Assembly: GCA_964016885.1 (NCBI GenBank)
Contig: OZ024741.1
Coordinates: forward strand, 300,266,001-300,330,000
Reading direction: 5' to 3'
DNA length: 64,000 nt
Origin: Eledone cirrhosa
Taxonomy: Eukaryota
Both the position numbers and the translations under genes were made by a program. Below, one piece after another: positions 56,504-64,000 of this stretch. Within the stretch, counting starts at the first letter, position 1. Each line of letters opens with the position of its first letter. The notes below the pieces were generated by a model. The model saw only the letters and a list, made by a program, of their open reading frames with translations, made no database searches and was not told where the DNA came from.

Positions 56504-56504
<1 letters not shown>
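54450..56504 (+). mobile_element. Tx1-like copy 2: 5'-truncated, diverged ORF1 end, broken ORF2 with a ~1.7-kb internal deletion
   Basis: ORF1 tail RRIYKDILPEE..PLREVR*. ORF2 from 54596 has frameshifts. Junction GGGAGAAT|AGTATTGTGG near 56055. 3'UTR is followed by (ATT)11. Confidence 0.9.
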
Positions 56505-56537
<33 letters not shown>

Positions 56538-56750
56538 GAATGCCATGGTTGACGGAGGCTCGGCTCTGTAAGGTATAGTAATTTTTAACCGTTAAAACAA
56601 TTGTAAATTGTTTAAAACTTGAACCAAATTGTTGATAAAGACACCCTCCTCCTCGTGAGAGGGGTCTTTCTGTCCGTTATTTGGCCCTTCGGGGTTAAAT
56701 AACCAGTTATTGGGGTTTTGTACCCAAAATTTCATTTTAAACAAAAAAAC

Positions 56751-58844
56751 ATGGCTACCAAAAAGAAATTTCATACGTCACTCCCACTCATTCCGTCTTC
56801 TTCTTCCTCAATCATCACTACAGCAGAGAGAAGATTGTCTCTCTCCCTCCCTTCTTTAAATGTGTCTCTCTCCCTCCCTTCTCTTTCGCAAGCGACGAAA
56901 AAAAAGAAAAGTCTCGTGCAAAGCGTGCAAGGTTTCTCCACGACGACGACGACAGCGACGAAACAGGTGTGCGGGAAATACGAAAACCCAGTTCATTCGT
57001 CTGACGTCAGGAATAATAGCAGTAGCAGCCGTAATAACAACAGCAACAGTGACAATGAAAACAACAGTAGCAGCCGCAACAGCATCACCAGCAGCATAAA
57101 CAACAACAGCATTAGCAGCAGCAACACCAACAACAACCACAGCAACAGCGGCGGAGGCAGTAGTCGTAGTACCTGCAGCAACAAAAGTACCAGCAGCTCT
57201 GACGACAACAACAACAGCAGAGAAAAACCAATCTCATTTGCAGGTATTGCGAAAAATTTGGAAACAATCCTCATAACAAATGAGGAATTAGAGGAAGCGA
57301 AGAAGATGGTGACAAAGAACGGACACCGAGCAATCTGCAAGGCAGCGAAAAATTTTTTCGAAACCCAAGAGCACTGTACGGTCACGTACCGTACAGTAAG
57401 TACAAAATCCCGTAGGGTGGAAAGAGCCACAGAGGCCCAAATACAAAAAGCCTTGGGGTCTGTGTGGCAGCGGAAAACGCACATCACCCGAGGCAAAAAA
57501 TATGCCACCGTAGACGTACTTTTTGCCACACCCCAGGAGGCAAAGGCCCAATCAGTAGTGACCCTAAGGAGCGAGGAAATGGTGTTGGTGCCCTCCTACT
57601 GCGGGCAAAAAATTGTGAGGGTCAAACTGACCCACGTCCCCCCCGGAATGACCCCTTCTTGGCTGGCCGCGTCTGTCCTCGTCGGAATCGAGGACAAAAC
57701 AACTGTACTGCAAGTACAGAAAAAAGTAAGAGAAGATTGGGTCGGCTCCTCCATTGAGATGCTAATCCAAACCAACCAGGAGTGCATCGAAGCTATCCCG
57801 GATGTGATAGACTTCGATAACGGCACTCAACTGCCCATAAGTGTTGAGGGCAAACGCCCGAAATGCTTTCGCTGTGGATCGAAGACTCACCTCAGGGCCT
57901 TCTGCAACGAGAAGACCCTGAGAAAGGAAAAAACCCCCCTCCTTCCGAATCCGGCTCCACGGCTACCAGCAACAGGACAAGCGGCAACCAGGAACGATAG
58001 CTCCGTGGCACCCATACCCACTCCACGGAAATCAAAGACAGCAGCAGCAGTGGAAATATTAACAACAACAACAGCAATACCAAATGCAGCTGCAACAGAG
58101 ACTCCAGTGCAAACATCACCAACAACAACAAGTGAAAGAGTGGAGCTGGTACCCCTCCCCGACCTTACAGAATCAGACATGGAGTGTGAGGTGGGAGAGG
58201 GATGGCAAAAGGTCGCAAGAAGGCACAAACGCAGAAGCAGCGCATCGTCGCCTTTGAAAAGGGAGGAAAGAAATGAGAAAAGGGTAAAGTCTACTGCAAA
58301 GAGACCCACAGCAGCAACAACACCAACACCATCACCACCCACACTAGCGCCACCATCACCACCGGCGACAACCCCACCGCCAACAACACCTTCAACACCA
58401 CCACCACAAGCACCAACATCGCAAACACAACAACAAAACACACACACCCAGCAACAACGACAAGAAAATAGCAGAACCACACCCCACCCCCAGAAAAACA
58501 AATGCACGGCAATAAATACACACAACAAGAAACTAATGACTTACATAATTGAACACACAGACATTTCACAACAGGACTACATAATACCAGCACCAATCAA
58601 AACGCCAACTAACATAAGACTGCTAAAAATAGCACAGAAACAATACACAAATATTAAAACGAAATTCCCCAACGCAGTTGGTGATTTCAGGGACCTAGGA
58701 GGAACCATCAATCGAAGAGTATACTCAGACATTCTCTTAGAAGAGCCGACGACCAGCCGAAGGGACGATTCAACGGTCCCTTCACCAGACGATCAAGTGA
58801 AAAGGGATGTAAAAACCATCCCTCCTCTACCAAAAGTACGGTAA
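56751..58844 (+). CDS. LINE ORF1 protein, 697 aa from the ATG
   Basis: AAAAACATGG start context and CCHC knuckle; near-identical to 14210-16315. Confidence 0.88.
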   Translation: MATKKKFHTSLPLIPSSSSSIITTAERRLSLSLPSLNVSLSLPSLSQATKKKKSLVQSVQGFSTTTTTATKQVCGKYENPVHSSDVRNNSSSSRNNNSNSDNENNSSSRNSITSSINNNSISSSNTNNNHSNSGGGSSRSTCSNKSTSSSDDNNNSREKPISFAGIAKNLETILITNEELEEAKKMVTKNGHRAICKAAKNFFETQEHCTVTYRTVSTKSRRVERATEAQIQKALGSVWQRKTHITRGKKYATVDVLFATPQEAKAQSVVTLRSEEMVLVPSYCGQKIVRVKLTHVPPGMTPSWLAASVLVGIEDKTTVLQVQKKVREDWVGSSIEMLIQTNQECIEAIPDVIDFDNGTQLPISVEGKRPKCFRCGSKTHLRAFCNEKTLRKEKTPLLPNPAPRLPATGQAATRNDSSVAPIPTPRKSKTAAAVEILTTTTAIPNAAATETPVQTSPTTTSERVELVPLPDLTESDMECEVGEGWQKVARRHKRRSSASSPLKREERNEKRVKSTAKRPTAATTPTPSPPTLAPPSPPATTPPPTTPSTPPPQAPTSQTQQQNTHTQQQRQENSRTTPHPQKNKCTAINTHNKKLMTYIIEHTDISQQDYIIPAPIKTPTNIRLLKIAQKQYTNIKTKFPNAVGDFRDLGGTINRRVYSDILLEEPTTSRRDDSTVPSPDDQVKRDVKTIPPLPKVR

Positions 58845-58879
58845 GTGGTCTTTCCCATCTTTTCCACTCTATTTTAAAC

Positions 58880-61800
58880 ATGACCTCACTCAGAATAGGC
58901 AGCATAAATGCGCGTGGCTTGGGGTCGTCATGGAAGCAGGGTCACCTGCTCAACGACCTCAGGTCACTAAACATAGATGTAGTGGCCATCAGCGAGACCA
59001 GAATCTCCGAAGCACGGGCCTTCGCACCGATCTTCGGCGGCTACGATGTGTACGCATCTCCCAGCCGTCCTGGATCGGGTGGAGGAGTTGCTGTGCTTTT
59101 TCGGAGAGGTTTGGATCTCGCCATACGGGCCATCTTCCTGGACCCAGAGGGTAAGCTGGTGGTGCTGGACGTGACCAGCGGAGACGGGCAAGCTTTCAGG
59201 CTAGTGGCCGTCTATGCCCCGACTGGAGCAGGGCGGCCTGATTTCTTCCGGCGTCTGGAGACCTTTCTTGGAACGTCCCGCTCTTTAGTGTTAGTGGGCG
59301 ACTGGAACGGGATCTTAGATGCACGCTGGGACTGTGTGGGATTAGCGGATAGGGGTGGAGGGTGCAAGAGCCTCACCAACCTGCTCAGGCGTTTTGAACT
59401 GTCTGACAGGTACCGATTGGATTTCCCGAATGTGCCAATGTGGACTTGGACAAACCGCATAGGGTCATCCAGATCATATCTAGATAGAGTATTTTGTAGG
59501 GAAATAGATAGGTCTAGCATAGGCTGTCCACAATTCAAGATAGTCAGCTACACGGACCACAAATTCGTGACCTGTGTGCTTGACTTAGATAGGCTTCATA
59601 GACGAGGACCCGGCTACTGGAAGCTAAACGCGTCCTTACCAGCGCGCAAGGCCTACAGAGACCGGATTAGCGAACTAGTTAAGCGGGCGTTGACGGGGGC
59701 CATCGTCAACAACAAGTGGTGGTTTGCTCTGAAAAGAGCGATTAGAATAGAATCGATTAGGTTTAGTAAGGCTTTAGCAATAGAGAAAAATAGAGCAGAG
59801 GGAGAACTAGTTAGAAAATTAGACGAGGCGCTTAGCAAAGGCATTGCGACCGACGTGCTTGCGGCGAAATTGGCCCTTGACCAATTCTTCAATGCAAAGC
59901 ACGAAGGCTGCGTTGTCAGAGCTAGGGTGCGTGCTCTCAGACACGAGGGGACGAAAGCCGTTCAATGGGCCCGAGTGGCGGAGGCGCGTCGTGGCAACAA
60001 AGCCACGATCCGGTCTTTGGTGGACCACGACGGGCGCATGCTACTCGATCCCGGGCAAATGTGTGAAGCTTTTCAGCGACACTTCGCTCAGCTGTTCGGG
60101 GGCAGCGGGGGGCCGGGTAGAGGGATGGACTTTAGTGTCTACCTCGACGGACTGCCGCGGCTCTCGGCCACTGAGGCGAAGTGTTGCGAAAAGCCGATAA
60201 CAGCCGCTGAAGTACGGGAGGCAATGACTGGCTGCACAAGGGGTAAATCGCCTGGTTTGGATGGTCTGCCCTATGAACTTTACGTACAGATGCCAGACTT
60301 GTTCGGAGGCCTCTTGGCGGACGTCTACTGCAACTGGCAACAGAACGGGAGAATTCCCAGTTCTGTGAGCCGAGGAGCGGTGGTGCTGCTGAGAAAGAAT
60401 CCGAACAAGGGGGATAACATAGATAATTTTAGGCCCATAACTCTGCTAAACACAGAGTTTAAGATTTTGGCCAAGGTGCTAGCAAAGAGGTTGGCGCTTG
60501 TCGTTGGTGGTCTGGTGGGAGAGGCGCAGACATGCGCCATTCCCGACAGATCCATCCACGACAACCTCCACCTCATGCGATACATCGTAGAGAGGGTAGC
60601 TAGGGAACCTGGCACGGGTGGGTCCTTGATCAATTTAGATCAGTCGAAAGCTTTCGATAGGGTCGACCATCGTTACCTAGCGGCAGTCCTGAGGGCGGCT
60701 GGCTTTGGGCCCGTCTTCAGAGGCTGGATCGCTGCCATGCACAGCGACATCTGCTCTGTGGTGAGAGTGAATGGTCACCTGTCGGAACCGTTCAACATCA
60801 TGCGCTCGGTCCGCCAAGGATGTCCCCTCTCGTCCCTCTTGTACGTATTGACTCTCGAGCCATTACTGCACAAACTGGAGACGTTGAGGGGAGTCCCGCG
60901 CGAACTAGGATGCGGAAGATCCGTGTCAGCATATGCGGACGATGTCACCGTAGTGGTGTCGAACGCCAAACACATCGAGGCGATCGGCACTACACTAAGA
61001 GAATACGAAGCGGTGACAGGAGCAATGATCAACCAGGAAAAGTCAGTGGGCCTGCAGCTCGGCACCTGGAGAGGCAGGTCCATGCCGTCCAACAGCGTCG
61101 TCGGGCACTGGACGGACGGACCGGTTAAATTGCTAGGGGTCTGGTTCGGTCCGGACCTCCAGACGGACAAAAACTGGGACGAGGTGACGAGCAGGGTGGC
61201 TTCTCTCACCCAGAAATGGGCGGAGAGGAAGCTATCCCTGAAAGGTCGAGCGGAGGTGGCTAACGCGTACATCGCGTCTGTCATCTGCTACCGCCTAACC
61301 GTCGTACCTTGTCCTAAGCCTCGCCTGACTGCGCTGGAGCGTTTGCTCTTTCGCTTTTTGTGGAAGGGACGTGCTCCGATGGTCAGGCGGTCCATCTGTT
61401 GTCAACACCCGCTACGTGGAGGGCTGGGCATGCCGTGGCTGATGATGCGCAGGCACGCGCTCAGGCTACGACATCTCCACCTCTTCCTCGACGGTGATCA
61501 GGTGTGGTCGCCGTTTGCTAGACGCGTTTTTCCCCAGCTCGTTTCCTTGACGGAGCTGCAGTCCTGGGTCAAGCGAAGACCGAGAGGGAGCGCCTGGAGA
61601 CTGGAATGTCTTCAGGCGCTCACAGCCCTCGACCAATCGGGCAATGTGATCGGTGGAAACTCCACCTCGGCGTTCTATAGAGGATTAGTGGAGGGGAAGA
61701 GCGACGACGTACTTGGGGAAACTCTAGGCGTCGACGAAAATCAACTAGCCAATCTCTTCGGAAGAACTTTCGGGCCAGGGCCTATGGACAACTTCCAGAA

Positions 61801-62299
61801 ATCTCTGGCCTGGCAGTGCTACCGAGGAGCCTTGCCAGTTCGGGATAAACTCTACAGGCATGGAGGTGCCGTCAGCCGGGCATGTCCGAGATGCGCGCAG
61901 GGCGACGAAACCGTCCTGCACGCACTCGTCCAGTGTCCGAAAATTGCTGACTTGTGGGTTTATGTCGAACACCTGCTGTCGCGTTTAGGACGGATCCAGC
62001 TATCATCTGAGTCTATCGTGAGGATTGCCCCGCCCTCCTCCTTTAGCCGGGAAGGGCAGGCAGTTTTTATCTGTCTGGTGGCCATGGCGAAAGAGATAGT
62101 ATGGTGGACACGTTTGAAAGGGCTGAAGACGAGCACTTACCTCTTCGGTGATGCTCTGATTAACTTTTTCAAATTTCGTTTGAAAAGGAAAATCAGAGTA
62201 GAGAAGGAAGTGCTCTCTTCCCAGCATTTTGTTGAAAGATGGGTGAGAGAAGCAAGAATGGCCCGAGTGAATGGGCCGACTCTGAGTATATATCTGTAA
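58880..62299 (+). CDS. LINE ORF2: APE endonuclease, reverse transcriptase, Cys-rich C-terminus, 1139 aa, intact
   Basis: SINARG, ISETR, VYAP, GDWN, YLDR and TDH (EN); FRPITLLN, LDQSKAFDRV, VRQGCPLS and YADD (RT); CPRC..ETVLHALVQC. Confidence 0.96.
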   Translation: MTSLRIGSINARGLGSSWKQGHLLNDLRSLNIDVVAISETRISEARAFAPIFGGYDVYASPSRPGSGGGVAVLFRRGLDLAIRAIFLDPEGKLVVLDVTSGDGQAFRLVAVYAPTGAGRPDFFRRLETFLGTSRSLVLVGDWNGILDARWDCVGLADRGGGCKSLTNLLRRFELSDRYRLDFPNVPMWTWTNRIGSSRSYLDRVFCREIDRSSIGCPQFKIVSYTDHKFVTCVLDLDRLHRRGPGYWKLNASLPARKAYRDRISELVKRALTGAIVNNKWWFALKRAIRIESIRFSKALAIEKNRAEGELVRKLDEALSKGIATDVLAAKLALDQFFNAKHEGCVVRARVRALRHEGTKAVQWARVAEARRGNKATIRSLVDHDGRMLLDPGQMCEAFQRHFAQLFGGSGGPGRGMDFSVYLDGLPRLSATEAKCCEKPITAAEVREAMTGCTRGKSPGLDGLPYELYVQMPDLFGGLLADVYCNWQQNGRIPSSVSRGAVVLLRKNPNKGDNIDNFRPITLLNTEFKILAKVLAKRLALVVGGLVGEAQTCAIPDRSIHDNLHLMRYIVERVAREPGTGGSLINLDQSKAFDRVDHRYLAAVLRAAGFGPVFRGWIAAMHSDICSVVRVNGHLSEPFNIMRSVRQGCPLSSLLYVLTLEPLLHKLETLRGVPRELGCGRSVSAYADDVTVVVSNAKHIEAIGTTLREYEAVTGAMINQEKSVGLQLGTWRGRSMPSNSVVGHWTDGPVKLLGVWFGPDLQTDKNWDEVTSRVASLTQKWAERKLSLKGRAEVANAYIASVICYRLTVVPCPKPRLTALERLLFRFLWKGRAPMVRRSICCQHPLRGGLGMPWLMMRRHALRLRHLHLFLDGDQVWSPFARRVFPQLVSLTELQSWVKRRPRGSAWRLECLQALTALDQSGNVIGGNSTSAFYRGLVEGKSDDVLGETLGVDENQLANLFGRTFGPGPMDNFQKSLAWQCYRGALPVRDKLYRHGGAVSRACPRCAQGDETVLHALVQCPKIADLWVYVEHLLSRLGRIQLSSESIVRIAPPSSFSREGQAVFICLVAMAKEIVWWTRLKGLKTSTYLFGDALINFFKFRLKRKIRVEKEVLSSQHFVERWVREARMARVNGPTLSIYL

Positions 62300-62559
62300 A
62301 CTAAAGGTGGAAAACTGGGAGAGGGCACTTGCCTTGGTGGTCAGGGTCATTGTGGCTTTTTACTGGGCTTTCTCCACAAATGTCCCTCCGAAGTCTCCCC
62401 CCTATTGGGGAATTTTTCATTGTTATTTTCATTGTTATTTTTGTTACATCCTCTGTTTTTGTTTTTTTACACGCAGAAATGCCCATTTGTACTGTCCTGC
62501 ATTGTCCTGCACTGTCCTTAATGTCTACTTTATGTAAACCCTTGTGGTTAATAAAGAAA

Positions 62560-62603
<44 letters not shown>

Positions 62604-62915
62604 GGCGTTGTACAGAGGATTAGTGAGAGAGGCAAGAATGCCCGGGCCTACTCTGAGTATGTGCCTCTAAATTGAAGGTGGAAACTGGGAGAGGGCAGTT
62701 GCCTTGGTTGTCAGGGTTTACCGTGGCTTTTTTTAATGGGCTTTCTCCACGATGGCCCTCAGAAATTCCCCCCCCCCCCCTATTGGGGAATTTTCATTGT
62801 TCCTTTTTTGTTACATCCTTGTTTTTTTTACACGCAGAAATTCTCATTTGTACCGTCCTGCATTGTCCTGTACTGTCCTTACTTTGTGTAAACCCTTGTG
62901 GTTAATAAAGAAAGC
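62604..62915 (+). mobile_element. Tx1-like copy 4: short, internally deleted 3' fragment
   Basis: GGCGTTGTACAGAGGATTAGTG (compare 61669-61690) is joined to AGAGAGGCAAGAATG (compare about 62246). Complete 3'UTR, ATT tracts on both sides. Confidence 0.88.
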
Positions 62916-62942
62916 ATTATTTATATTATTATTATTATTATT

Positions 62943-64000
62943 GGTCAGTTCGGACGCTATTTGCTAGCTCCCAGTAAGTCGCTTTATTTACCTGTTATAA
63001 TTATTTGTTGCTTAATTTTTCTTGTTATGTAATGGATATAAGCCATTGGACTTTGACCTGTGAACATCCAAAAGCCCTTCGGGTGCGTCTGGGCACGCAA
63101 AACCCACATCAACCGAGGCAAAATGTACGCCATAGTAAACGTACTTTTTCAACTCCCTATAAGCGTGAGAAGTAAGGCGCCCAAAGTGCTATCTCTGTGG
63201 GCAGAAGGGTTACCTCAGAGCCTTCAGCCCGCAGAAGACAGCCAAGAAGAGCCACCACCACCCCTCCTCCGACGCCTGATTCGCTACTACCAAGAGCAGG
63301 TCAGGAAACAGAGGCAGAAGACCCTTCCACGGTGAGTAGGATGGCAACGTCCGTGGCACGCATACCAAGGCCACGGACAACTAAAGCAGCGGCAGCAGTG
63401 GTGGCAACACCAACAGTCGCAGTAGCCACACCGGCGGCAAAATCCCCGGAGTGGTCTCCACTACCACCACCAACAGCAGTGGAGCTCATACCTCTTCCTG
63501 ACGCCACGGAGTCCGACATGGAGTGTGAGGCGCGAGGGAGGTGGCAAATGGTCTGCCATAAAAAACAAAAAACAAAAAAAACCCTTAGCTTCACCCTCCA
63601 AAAGTGAAGGCAGACAAAGAGGGGTAAAGGCTGTAAGGAGACTTGCAGCAACACCACCACCATCACTATCACCACCACAAGCATCACCACCAACAATAAC
63701 CACAACCAGCAGCATCACCAAAAACACCAACATCGCAAACACAACAAAACACACACCCCCAACAGCAACAACAAGAAAACAGCAACAAAATCGCCCCTCC
63801 TCCCAAAAAGTACACAGTCATAAACATGGCAAATAAAGAACTCCTACAACACATAAAGCAGCACACAGACATCACAAAAAGGATTGGATCTCGCCATACG
63901 GGCCATCTTCCTGGACCCAGAAGGTAAGTCGGTGGTGCTGGAGGTGACCGGTAGCGAAGGCAATGCTTTCAGGCTAGTAGCAGTCTACGTCCCAACAGGG
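62943..64000 (+). mobile_element. Tx1-like copy 5: diverged, deleted ORF1 remnants and start of an ORF2 fragment (runs off the window)
   Basis: IQKPFGCVWARKTHINRGKMYA, VELIPLPDATESDMECE and IKQHTDIT, then a jump to GLDLAIRAIFLDPEGK at about 63881. Confidence 0.85.

Larger units (their letters stand above)
56538..62561 (+). mobile_element. Tx1-like copy 3: full length with both ORFs intact (potentially active)
   Basis: Same 5' end GAATGCCATGG as copy 1. (ATT)11 upstream and (ATT)14 downstream. Confidence 0.95.

Noticed and set aside
56505-62942. Regularly recurring ATT repeats as a CRISPR-like array
   Set aside because: The context is eukaryotic, the repeats are microsatellites, and the intervening sequences are retrotransposon copies.

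Overview
AT-rich, microsatellite-dense eukaryotic DNA made almost entirely of retroelements. The SINE families suggest an octopod cephalopod; this is recognition, not a database match. No host gene can be supported. Main contents: (1) An L1-clade, Tx1-like LINE family, with one full-length copy carrying a broken ORF2 (13996-20012) and a head-to-tail array of four copies (about 54450-64000) that includes a fully intact element (56538-62561). Almost every junction lies in an (ATT)n microsatellite. (2) A recent Gypsy LTR retrotransposon (24791-30139) with a -1 frameshift signal. (3) Several decayed Penelope-like (GIY-YIG) elements, plus short fold-back pLTR-like insertions in (TA)n tracts that carry hammerhead-ribozyme motifs. 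(4) Decayed RTE-like and RLE-type LINE fragments, many tRNA-derived SINEs, and a ~900-bp (TA)n run. Most interesting observations: apparent (ATT)n target specificity of the Tx1-like family; a conserved 52-53-nt GT-AG intron-like spacer that would fuse ORF1 in frame to ORF2; and hammerhead variants (U3-A8 core, long loop-II insertions) inside long inverted repeats. All alignments and folds were done by eye.
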